From: Podarcis gaigeae
Lineage: Eukaryota
Assembly: GCA_964106915.2 (NCBI GenBank)
Contig: OZ066918.1
Direction: 5' to 3' (one strand)
DNA length: 64,000 nt
Within the stretch, counting starts at the first letter, position 1. The number at the start of each line of letters is the position of its first letter. The notes under the pieces are model-generated. The model worked only from the letters and a program-made list of their open reading frames with translations. It had not been told where the DNA came from and did no database searches. The position numbers were made by a program, and so were the translations under genes. Shown here piece by piece: positions 37,864-49,743 of the stretch.

Positions 37864-39275
37864 AAATGTTAAAACAATAGCAAAGCTGTTTTCAGCAATA
37901 AAACACAAACATTGCTCAGAATAATCTTACAACAACCAACCTGTGTTAGGTGTGTGTGCAGGAGCCAGGGCCTGTGACCAACAGAACTCTGCAGGACTGG
38001 GGCCTTTCTAAGTTTGTTCTGAAGAGTGCAACTGCACTGGGTCTTCTTCCTAAGCAAATAAATTCCACTTCACCAATTACCTACCAAAGTCTTCATTTGA
38101 AGTTCTTTTATTGAAGTGGGGAAAAATATGACCACTTTCAGAGCAGCAGTAGAACATACTGGAAGAATGAGATGCTGCACCTATGTTTTTTTTAATGTTG
38201 CCATTTTGAAATTTGTTTCCATTTATATATTATTTATTTGCATAGAGACCAACCTGTTTGTCATATTGAGATGGCAGAAGGGCACTGTTGGTGGGTGATG
38301 GCATATATCCTGCTGAAGCCTGCTGCTAAGCCCTCTTTCAATATTAATAGGTTATGTGAATTGGCCCAGAAACCAAGACAACCCTGAACAGGGTTGCTAG
38401 ATGCAAAGCTAGAGAACTGACACATCATCTTCCAATGCAAGCAGGAGGAGGTAGTTGTGGTTCCTTCTGCCTTCTCCCTCCCCATTCCTGACCATCGTGT
38501 CTGCAATGTGAGGAGGCATGGCAGGACAGAACCAGAAAGGGCAATAGTCTAGAGAAGCCATGGTTGTCGTCTCCTAAGTTGCACCCAAAGATTTAATGGC
38601 ATATGAATGTTCTTGAACTGTGAATCTGGCAACCCTATGGCTGATGCTCCATTATTTCATCTGACACTGTATTGAAGCACTCAAATTTTAATGAGAGGCT
38701 TTGCCTGACACACTCGTCACATTGAGTAGGCAATACCTCAGCCTTTGGACTGAGACAGCTCAGGTTCATTCCTCTGAACAACCTCAGTATATATCCTATT
38801 GAAGAGTGTGGAAAATGACACTCTTTTTGCTTCCTCCATAGCCATGTTACATTCTTTCAAGCACCGAAATCACTTTTCTTTGGATGAGTCTTAAGAAAAT
38901 GTCACCTGTTTCAGATACAGGTATGAATAACATTAAAAAAATATATATGACACCATTTTGACTCACAGATATAAACTATTTTAAGTTTAGCCTGAACAAA
39001 ATTTGCCTATATCTCTAATGGGTTGGATCCAGATGAGGTTAGTTGAATTTAGCCCCCACCCCTAATGGGACAAGTACCATTGATTTCAGTAAAAATGAAG
39101 CTCAACTAACTTAGTCTGGGTCCAGCCCAATATTTGCACTATTTTGAATCATAGATATGAACTTTGGATTGCCACCTTTTAATATATACACCAGTGCTAA
39201 TATTATTTGCTTACTTCTGCCCAATTAATTATTTTTTGCACAGTATTAATTAACACAGGAGGAGCCAACACAGTG

Positions 39276-39627
39276 AGGGACGTGGGTGGCGCTGTGGGTT
39301 AAACCACAGAGCCTAGGACTTGCCAACCAGAAGGTCGGCAGTTTGAATTCCCACGATGGAGTGAGCTCCTGTTGCTCAGTCCCAACTCCTGCCAACCTAG
39401 GAGTTTGAAAGCACGTCAAAGTGCAAGTAGATAAATAGGTACCGCTCCGGCGGGAAGGTAAACTGCGTTTCCGTGCACTGCTCTGGTTCTCCAGAAGCGG
39501 CTCAGTCATGCTGACCACATGACCCGGAAGCTGTACGCCGGCTCCCTCGGCCAATAAAACAAGATGAGCGCCGCAACCCCAGAGTCGGCCACGACTGGAC
39601 CTAATGGTCAGGGGTCCCTTTACCTTG
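39276..39627 (+). mobile_element. Sauria SINE, full length
   Basis: tRNA-derived head gggacgtgggtggcgctgtgggttaaa; tail ggggtccctttacctt; 12-bp TSD gccaacacagtg at 39264-39275 and 39628-39639. Confidence 0.93.
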
Positions 39628-40234
39628 GCCAACACAGTGTCCTCTAGAGGTTGCTGGAATGCAACTCCCATCATCCCTAACACTGGTCATGCTGATGGGA
39701 GTCAAACAATATTGGGAGAGCCACAGATTCCTCAGCTACATATTCATCATTTTTTAAGTGTGTGTGTGTGTGTGGACTCCTATGACACTATTTCAAATTC
39801 TCTTAAATTTGGAGAGTTCCTTTCAAAATCATTACATTTGTAGAACCCAGAGTTTGCATCAGATATTTAATACTGCTCCAAAGTGAGAGACAGAAAAGAC
39901 GTTGGATATTTGCCTGGGGGGAAAAATAGAATGACATCGCACACCACCCCCAGCACCAGGTGCCAACTAAGAGAACCAAGTTTGTTTTTAATTTAAAGAG
40001 CCAGCTATTGAAGGATACAGCCGCTGATGAACAATGGATAAAAAACAAATCACCAGTTTCAGTATTCCCTACTAAACGTGACTCATGTCTCATGCACTTT
40101 TTAAGGATCCTATTTTGACAAACTCCTGATGTGACAAAGCAAAGGAGTCCTTTAAGCCTAACTAGAGATACGGGGCTACCATTTATTATGTTGCTGGTGT
40201 TGGTCAGTGCCTTTATAAAGTAAATATCTGGTGT

Positions 40235-41079
40235 AAGGGATGGGAGAATCTGTCAATTTCATTTCCTCCCAGTTTCTCATCTTTCCAATCCGATGTTCAG
40301 TTCTTCACATTTCCACATCAGTTTGTGAATGTTTTCACAAATGGCTCAGGACCACAATACCTCAAGGACCACCTCTCCCCATACGAACCAACCCTGACCC
40401 TGAAATAATCACCTGAAGCCCTTCTTTCTTTGCCTCCTCCATGAAAGGTCTGGAGGGTGGCAAAACAAGAATGAGCCTTTTCTGTGGTGACTCCCCATTT
40501 GTGGAATGCTTTCCCCAGGGAGGTTCCAGGCAAAAACATTTCTCTTCAACCAGGCATTCAGCTGATTAACATTCTATGGCTTTTTGGATGTATTTGGGGA
40601 GAGGGGGTTATTGGTTTATTTTTATTTTATTATGCATTTTATATTCTCGTTTTGGTTTTCTGTTGCCACCCTGGCATCTTTGAATGAAGAGTGGTATATA
40701 AATTAACAACAACAACAACAACAACATTTTCATAAAAAGTCATCATGAAAAATCACTTATGCAAATTTCTTCTAATATACACAATTGTGTTGATAATTTT
40801 GCTTAATATATATGTTTTTGCAAAGTCATTTTCTTACAATACATTTTTGTTCACTGATATTAACACATTTTATTTTACAAAAATTATATACCGCTTGACT
40901 ATAAACAAACATTTAAGTGGTATATAAATGATTTGCCCTAATACGTGCATTTTTTTACTGAAGATATGTGTGAATTTTGAAGGATGGGTGTGTTTCTGTC
41001 CACGTATTGTTTTGGAAAGTATGAATCAGGTAGGAGTGTCTTTAAATGCAAACTGAATCAAATTTCTCCTCCATCCCTA
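40235..41079 (-). mobile_element. Old dispersed MITE-like repeat, copy D, split by an L2
   Basis: agggatgg...ccatcccta ends; reverse similarity to 7588-8020. Confidence 0.6.
40339..40726 (+). mobile_element. L2 LINE 3' fragment
   Basis: NGSGPQYLKDHLSPYEPTLTLK...AFSVVTPHLWNAFP; gtggtatataaat plus (CAA)n tail. Confidence 0.8.
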
Positions 41080-42329
41080 CTAATGATGATACAGCCGTAT
41101 CCAGTACATGATATTGAAATATTGGTGGTTCGACTTTATGCATTGTTCTATATCCTTCCATAGCGGGCCTTTTGAATTTAGCACACACACAAGCACACAC
41201 ACAACCATTAAATGGTGCCTGGGAAGAGATTACATTATGCCTTTTCCTTTGCTCTGTAGCACCTGAAATGCTCCAGTGATTAAACAAATCCCCAAGGTAA
41301 ACTGAGCAGAGGGGGCTTGATTTAACCTGAAACATCTTGATGAAGCCATCTTCATTCAAAGAAAATTAGAAGAAAGCACCATGGCTGTTTTATTATCAGA
41401 GGAAGAAATTTAAGCACAGGAGGGAATTTAGGCATACATATGAAAATCAATTGTATCTTTTTCTTATTCTCTCTCTCTTTTAATTATTTATTGCCTGAGT
41501 GCTGCTGACTCAAACACACCAAAGCAGATAATTATTAAAGTTAAAAGTAGTCAATAATATGATTAACACCAGCGGCTTGGATTCACCCATCAAACTGAAG
41601 AAGAGTCAGCACTGAAAGTGCCATTTTTCTTCATGCATCCCTAGTAGGCTGCCTGTATCCTGAAGCAGTCAATAACAATCAGGAAGCTGTCCTTTAAAAT
41701 GAGGGCTATGAATAGTGTAAACCAGATAAATCACACCACTTAAGATGGTTCCCTTCAGTGCTTCCCTGGGGTCTAAGAGCCTGATCCTATAGATTTGCTT
41801 AGCTACTGCTGCTGACAAAAGGTTCAGCAGCATCCTGTGACAGGCCGGTGTGAAGCAGAGCCATCCATCTCTTTCAAAAATTAGAATGTAAACATGTAGG
41901 TGGATCAAAAGCCCACCCTGCTGATTGCACAGGCCCTGTCATGATCTGTAACGCAATGTATAGAGAAAACCACAGAGAACTTAAGCAGTAGACCATCCCC
42001 TGTGTTCCCCACCCCCTCTTCTTTGGGAAATTGTAAGGTAAGGAGGAAGAAAAGAGAAAGAGATTGGCAGGCCCAGCCAGAAAGCGCAGCAGCTAGAGCA
42101 ACGCAGCAGCCTTTTAAAACATGATCTGAGTGCCACTCTCTGTGGTTTGCCTCAGAAGGTAGTTCCTAAGGATTCTATGCCGCTCTAGCCCCCATGCTGT
42201 GTACTGTTTCCTGTACTCACTGTGCCCTGGGGTGTGTGGGTGAGAGAGAAAGAGTGTGTGTTAGTTTAGTTCACTGCCAGTTAATGTGAAAGAATGAATG
42301 ACAGAGAGGGTAGCTGACAGATGTTAGAT

Positions 42330-42585
42330 CAGGGCTACCCAACATGGTGCCCTCTCCAGATGCAGTTGGACTACAGCTCCTGTCAATCACAGCTGGCATG
42401 GTCAATGTTCAGGGATGATGAGAGGTGGGTTTTTTTGTTCTTAATGTTTAATGTTTTATTATGTTTATGTGTGTTGGAAGCTGCCCACAGTGGCTGGGGC
42501 AACCCAGCCAGATGGGCAGGGTATATAAAAAATACAAAAAAACGAATTAAACAACATCTGGAATGCATCCTGTTGGCTACCCCTA
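42330..42585. mobile_element. URR1-like hAT MITE containing an L2 3' tail at ~42426-42545
   Basis: cagggctacccaaca...tgttggctaccccta; TSD tgttagat/tgttagaa. Confidence 0.7.
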
Positions 42586-42613
42586 TGTTAGAAAACAGGA
42601 CACATATTTCTGT

Positions 42614-42617
<4 letters not shown>

Positions 42618-42650
<33 letters not shown>
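42618..42650. repeat. (TG)n microsatellite
   Basis: Direct reading. Confidence 0.95.
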
Positions 42651-42655
<5 letters not shown>

Positions 42656-42806
42656 TCTCTGTGTGTATGTAAGAGAGAAAGGGAATGCATGGATAGATGC
42701 AGGATAAATGGATGTGGCACAGCCTTGTATATACGAGTTCACAAATGGGCACTTGTGCAAATGAAGGAGTAGTGTGCATGAGACAAAATAATGGATGGAT
42801 AATGTA

Positions 42807-43690
42807 CATAGCTGTCAAGTGTCCCTTATTTGAAGGTACAGTCCCTTATTCCAGCGCCATGTCCCGCTGCTGTCCCTTATTGATGGATGTCCCTTAAATG
42901 TCCCTTAAATTTCAAAGGAAGCAGCTCCTCTCCCTCCCTCCCTGCCAGCCAGGGAGGAGGGAGGTTCCAACTGTGTTGCTTGGCTGTGTTGCTCACCCAA
43001 TAAGAAGTCTAAGAACGACTGGGGGGTGGAGCTTGCATGCCTTGTGCTGATCAAATCGGCTGTGTTCCCTGGGGACTTGCCTTTGCTCAGCGCTTCCCAG
43101 CAGAGAGGTGACGGTGGTTTTCCTTGAGGCTTCATTTGGCTGCTGGCTGGGCTTTCTGCCTTTGGCTCAGAGGGGCTCAGAAGTTGAACATACCTGTGCT
43201 GAGTGCTCGGATCGGAATCGGATGGATACGTCATCGAAGGCCCACTCACCCTTACCGGTGAAAAGGTCTGTCTGGAGCGGGGGCACATGGTGGGGGAAAA
43301 GGAAAGGAGATCTCGGGGTAGGGGGGAGGCCTTGTGTGTGTGGCTAGTTAATGCAAGCTGAAGGGGTTTTTGAATGCTGGACACCATTTTGTTGCACGTG
43401 CTGCTGCAAACTTTGCAGTGCAAAGCCAGGCCGGGGAGCCATCTTACGTTGAGGCTGCATAGGCCTTGCGGTGCATGTGATTCAGATTCTATTCAGTTGA
43501 ACCTCTAGTTACAAAGTTGGTTGGACAGTGTTCTTGAAGCTACCAGCATGAGTTTGACCAGACTGCAGGACAACAGGAAGACTGGAGTGCCTGGAACAGG
43601 TGAGGCTGCAGGTCCCTTATTTTGGCTGCTGGTCCCTTATTTTCAAGGCTGCTGGTCCCTTATTTTCAAATCTGTAACTTGACAGCTATG
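42807..43690. mobile_element. Non-autonomous hAT DNA transposon (884 bp)
   Basis: Perfect TIR catagctgtcaagt / acttgacagctatg; perfect 8-bp TSD ataatgta at 42799-42806 and 43691-43698; subterminal gtccctta repeats. Confidence 0.93.
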
Positions 43691-44769
43691 ATAATGTAGG
43701 GCTGAAGGAGTAGCAGAGAGAGAGAGAGAGAAGATAATAAAGCCTTTTGGAGCCAAGGTGTTGGGGAACACACTTGGTGGCAAAACTGAGCCCAACTCAG
43801 TCATCAAACCCCCTCCTTTGGTCCTGCATCCTCTTGCAGATTAATACTGCTTAAAATCACTCCTAGATCTTTTGTATTTTCTTCCAAAATGGAAGGTGGT
43901 AAGGCAAGATATAAAAATATATCAAAGGTCTTATTACTTCTATTCGTGTACTATACTGGAGTGTATGTGTGTAAAGGTTTCTTGAGGCTACTTTTTGCCA
44001 CAGGCTTTTACAATTTTTTGATGTAAGGGCTGGGTTTTATGCCTGAATGGTTCTTATAAGGTACCACTTGAATTAAATTTACCTGGTTGTGAACAGCAGT
44101 GGCAGGAGCATTGAGCTAATCTGAATTAACCTATGCAGCCTGAATACACCTCAGCCTATAAATGTAAGATGACATTAATCATAAATTTCCACTGAGCTTG
44201 GATCAACTTTGTATAGTGCTGAATACTTTTTGGAACAAGATGGCAAGGGGGAGTTGAAAAGAATATGAATTTTTAAAGGCGGGAAAATCTGCTCCATAAG
44301 GACTAGTATAGAAGCATTTGAGTTTCTTGACATGTTTACCATTTCAATTGTTATGGAGCAATATTTTGGGAAGACTTCCTTCCTTTTGTGGAGGAGGATT
44401 CTCTCTCTATCAGTCCCCTGAAAACCTACAGCCAGGCCTTTTCCCCCCACCGGAACTCAGTTTCAGCACCCCTCAGGTGGGCGCCATTGCCGTTATAAGA
44501 GAACAAGAGAGGCGTTCATAGCGAATTCCGGCACCTCTTTTTCTAGAAAAATAGTACTCTTATTTTTGATGTGGTGTCCACATCAGCTGTGCCTTGCAAG
44601 ATCAAGGAATCTGGAGCAGGGCCAGAGATGATGGCTGGAGCGTGCAGGGAGGAACATATGGGGAAAAGTGGTCCCTAAGGAACCCAGGTCCGAAACCTAA
44701 CACCAAAACCTTGAAATGAGCCCAGAAACAAAATGGCAGACTGTGCATGTTGTGCAAAACCATGCCAGC

Positions 44770-44915
44770 AACTTGGTTTCAGCATGTTGTAATAATTGCA
44801 GTTTCTAAGCACTTTGCAAGGGCAGACTCAATGGAGAGCAAATTACAGAGGTCAAATATGGAGATGACTTGGGCATGAATGATTGTGGCAAGGTCCAGTT
44901 TTTCAGGAAAGGCAA
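44770..44915 (-). pseudogene. Highly degraded L2 ORF2 fragment
   Basis: Minus-strand DLATIIHAQVISIFDLCNLL resembles the L2 motif HA.VTSRLDYCN.L. Confidence 0.55.
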
Positions 44916-45026
44916 TAGTTGGTCTTTAATTAGTGGACTATCTAGGACTCATTCACCTGCATATATTCTAATATCACAAATGCCATCTACCTGCAAAAAA
45001 TGCCTCTAAACCAGAAAAGAAATATA

Positions 45027-45267
45027 CAGTGGTACCTTGGAACTCAAACATAATCCATTATGGAAGACCGTTCGACTTCCAAAACATTTCGAGTTCCAAG
45101 GCGTGGCTTCTGATTGGCCGACAGCTAGGTTTTTGCATAGCGGAAGCCATGTCAGACATTTGTGTTCTGAGAAACATTTGAAAATTGGAGTACTTACCTG
45201 CAGGTTTTCAGCATTCGGGAGCCAAAACGTTCAAGAATGGAGCCATTTGAGTTCCGAGGTACCACTG
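45027..45267. mobile_element. Tc1/mariner-superfamily MITE, different subfamily
   Basis: TIR cagtggtaccttggaactcaaa / tttgagttccgaggtaccactg, with TA flanks. Confidence 0.88.
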
Positions 45268-46464
45268 TATAAGCAGTAGCAAGTTTCTGCACCACTAAGC
45301 CATTTTGCCTACAGAAAATGCGGCTACTTTCTACCACTACACGGAGACATTGTGATTTTGTCCTTTTGAAGAATGTGGCTTAGCTTCTCTGGGAGAAGCT
45401 TGTTGCAAACAGAGTTTAGATGAGTCAGAAGTGAAAACTATGCAACATGACAATGCAGTGAGCAATGGGTGTGAAGATATCCCTACAGGGCACAAAGAGT
45501 TCAGTGGAGCAATTAAAAAGAGATGTACTCTCGCTAATGAGATTTTTCCAAAAATAGGAGCTTGATCACGTTTCTGGTACAAAGTGGAGAAGTTATTACG
45601 ATTTGACATTTACTTGTAGGATGTGAGGTCACTGTTGAGATTAAGAGACAACGAAAGGAGTAGTATGAACAGAAAATGAGAAATCAAACAAAGGAAGTTC
45701 TTGGGTGAGAAAAAGAAAAGAAGCTGTATTTCTAAAGCTGCAGGTAAGAGATAATTGCTTGAAACTTCTGATGAACTAAATTTTTAAAACGGGAATTTAA
45801 GAACATAAGGCCCCTTGCTGGATCAAACAAGAGTCACATCTAGTAAGAGGATTTTGCTTCCCACAGCAGACAATCAGTTCACAAGTGTTGAAAGTGCAAC
45901 AACAGGGATCATTCAGTGTGCAACTGAATAGGTTAATTCTGTTAATGTTAAAGTCAGATATCCAAGAGGTGGGTGGGTGGAGGTGTTGCTTAGCAACCAA
46001 GTAGAATTGCATGACATTTGCATAGGTAGCACATGCTTTGATTGGCTATGTAGTTCCGAGGGAGTTTTTTCTGAATGCTTAGTTGAATGTCTTCCTACTG
46101 TGTTTAAGGCCTGAAGAAAGAAAGACAATCTCCCTCTTCCTTTCTGCTCAAAGTGTGCCCTATTTGTTCAGTTTGCTCAGTAAATTGTTATCAGAATTCA
46201 TTTTCTTTTTGGACACTGTTATTTAAGTGACTTTGCTTAAAAAAAAAAAAAGAGTGTAAGAAATGTCCTGCTCGATCATACCAAAAGACTGAAGAGATCT
46301 GAATTCAAATCCCTGCACTGCTGACTGCCCCAAGAAGCTCACTGGGTGGCCTTGGGCCAGGCACTATATCTCAGCCTCACCTACTTCACAGGGTTGTTGT
46401 GAAGAAAAAGCCCACCAGAAAGCTGCTGTTGTGGGATAACCAGCCTCATATAACCAACATTTTC

Positions 46465-46602
46465 TTTAAGACGACATCTGAAAGCAGCTCTGTTTAGGGA
46501 AGCTTTTAATATCTGAAGGACTATTGTATTTTAATCTTTTGTTGGAAGCCTCCCAGAGTGGCTGGAGAAACCCAGCCAGATGGGCGGCGTATAAATAAAT
46601 TA

Positions 46603-46636
<34 letters not shown>
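46465..46636 (+). mobile_element. L2 3' end with (TTA)n tail
   Basis: Matches ~9385-9535. Confidence 0.8.
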
Positions 46637-46638
<2 letters not shown>

Positions 46639-49307
46639 GTCTAATTAATGTATGAAGGGGTAAATGTCAAGGAGTTAAGTGCCCTGCCAGGCAGTTCCAC
46701 TCACCTTAGGAGGAAACTAATCAAGCCTATTGTTGTACCTCAGTCTACCTCAGAAGCTCAGCATGTAAACAGGTCAAAGCTGTTTGCTCCAAGCTGAGAC
46801 CACATGACTCTAACAAGCCTTCATTGAGTTCCTATGCCAATAATTTAGGAACTTTCACCACAGTTACTAAGCCAAGTTTTACTGCCCATGTTTTCTGACT
46901 GATGTAGTAAAAAGCACATAAACCTGACCTTTGGAGAGTTTGTAAGTAAACCATTTTTAACTTACCAAATGTGTGGTCTTTTCTATGCTAGGGAAAATGG
47001 GGAACTTTAGAAGGAACACACACAGGCATATTTTAAAGGTATAATAGTCTACATTTCCACACTTGACTTTGATGCATATTTTTGATTTTAAATCTCTGCT
47101 GGGGTTCTCTCAACAAAGAATACTTGCCCCAAACCTACATTGTAGCATCCAGGGAATTCTCCATCTATACCTAATTTGTTTACCCCAGTTCTGAGAAAGG
47201 AGAACAACATCCAAACGTGAGAATAGATGAATGGCATTCAGGCATCACTTGGCTCAACATACAATATCAAGGCCAGCATTCCGACCTCACCTGGAAACTG
47301 ATATATACATGTGTTCAAACATTCATACAGAAGTGAGATATATGACCTCAGTGTTTATATTCAAGCAGCCAGTGGTTAGGCACTAACATTTATTTCTTCA
47401 AGCGTTTCACAGAGACAGAGTCTTCAAGCTTGACTTATATGTTTCAAAGTGTTTTATACTCACAGGTACAATGTTCACATCTTGATTTATACCTCCAGGA
47501 GTGCTTTATGCTCAGTGGTAGACTGCTCCAGAACTGATTTATAGTAAGGTTGAATGAACCAGTCCAGTAAAATGTGATTTAGTCTGAGCCTTAAGCCAAA
47601 ATAAAACTAAACCTTTTTCTGGGATTCAGAAAAGTTCAGCTAGATTCTAGACTTCATTCATGCTCTCAAGTCCTGGCCAGGGACCATGGCTAAAAACCAG
47701 GATGAAAAGCTGTTAATCCACCCAGCAGTGCCTTAATTTGTTTAAAAGGAGGATGGAATGAATATTTTAAACTATATAGATCAGCTGTGAATTCAGCTCA
47801 ATACTAATTTGTCAACTTGAATTTGATATTAGCATTCCATTTGCACATGAAGTTGGCAAAGTGTCTTGAATTATTTTTGGTTTAGAACACATAGCTCAGT
47901 ATTCAGTACCCATGTTCAATATCCATAAATATTCATTAATGTACTAATCTTGCAAAATGTTATTGGTCCGTCGCTGTCACATGCTGCAGACTATGTTGTT
48001 TAACATGAATAAATGTTAACGCATCCACAGACTCAGCTCAAACTAGCTTTTACAAAGCCCCTTGGAGTTGAACTTAAAATTTTACTTCCTGGAGAATCAA
48101 ACAAATAAAACCTCATGAAATAATGTAATCACATTTGAAGCTTTGTTATCTGAGATCCATCTTACTCTGCATTTTATAGATTCGCAGCAGAGCTTTTTTC
48201 TGTTTTAAAAAAATCATGCTCTCAGTGAAGATTTAACCCCAGCTGGCTAGGCAACTTACAGATAAGTAACAAATGAGACAGTGGCTGCCTCATCAAGCAG
48301 ACACAAGCACCAAATCAGACAGAAGTTGAACTGGGCACCCAGATGAAGCAGAAGCATATATAGAAGAATGAGATAGCACAAAACTAAACCCCAGAGCAGT
48401 TCCAGTCATTTAACAGGACTGCTTTTGATTCTGAACAAAATGGGACCTGTATTTTCCAGCACACTGAACCGGAACACTTCTCAAGGGCTTCCTTTTACAC
48501 ATCGTCTTTCTTCCTGGGAAAAATCTTTATTCGTGGTATCTTTCCACAAGCTTTCTTTTCCCAGGCTTTGGCCTAGCATAAATTTCATATTTGGTGTGCT
48601 GAGAAGAAACCTGATCTCACAGCCAAGGAGTCCCCTCATCCCATGTACAGTAATTTTTTTCCAGCAAAGAGTTTTCCATTAAAAAGTAGCTTTGCAAAGG
48701 AGAGTGGGATTTGGCAGACTCAGGTTGGGAAACAGAAATCCTTAAGAAACTCCCCCCTGCTACCCAAACCAAAGATTTCAAATCCATACGACAGCACTGT
48801 CCATACGACAGACACACAATTTCCCTGTGTGTAACTCAAGACCAAATTAGACAAGGTGCCATTCATGCAATTAGGAATTGCAAGAATGGCTTCTCTAAAG
48901 TAAATTGCAGGAATGGGAGGGTTGATCTGGATCAGGGCCCTGCTGTGCATGGTAGTGGGTGTAGCCCTTTGCCCTGGCTATGGTGTTCATTGGGCCAGGC
49001 CACCTTCTATTTTCAAGGGTGGGGGAACAGCAGAAATAGTAGCTGTGGAGGGTCCCAACACAGAGTGGGGTCATCACAGGGGCAAATCCAGTGGTAGCCT
49101 GGAACTTGGAGTAGATCTGTGGAAGTTAATAAACATGAATAACTTAGGTTCAAGAATTTAACAGGCCTTCTCTGTGTAGAACTTAGTTGGATACAACCCA
49201 TAGTCTCAGTTATAATTCTCAAATGAGCATATGCAGGTTGGCAATAGGGGAAAGCCAGGTGAACCCACTCCCAAACTCCATTCATTGAAATAATATATTG
49301 ATAGCCA

Positions 49308-49743
49308 TGAGAGATGGAAGTTCTATCTGTTTCTCATTTTTCTAATCTGAAATTCAGTTCTTCACATTTCTGCAGCAATCTGCATTTCTCCCCAAAGAAT
49401 CCTCATGAAAATTATTCAGCGTTTTAGGGTGAATATCTCCTAAAATGTATGCAGTTTCATTGTATGCAGTTGTAATGAATATGCACATTTTTGCAAGCAA
49501 TTTATTCTAATGAAATGCATTTTTGTATGCTATTTTAACTAATATATTCCTTTTTATGCTCATTTTCCCATAATATATGTATCATTGTAAGCATTGTTAG
49601 GCTAGAGAACTACAACATAAAATTTGGGTAAATGCAATTTTGAAAGGATGTCTGTGTTTAGGTTCTCATATGGTTTCCGAATGTGCAAATCCGGTAGATT
49701 CAGCTTGAAACATGAATCAAATTGAATTTATTCCCCAGCCCTG
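49308..49743 (-). mobile_element. Old dispersed MITE-like repeat, copy E
   Basis: Reverse similarity to 7588-8020 and 30604-31030. Confidence 0.6.

Noticed and set aside
42905-43423. 172-aa minus-strand ORF inside the hAT element as a transposase
   Set aside because: No BED finger, catalytic or dimerisation motifs; likely a GC-rich chance ORF
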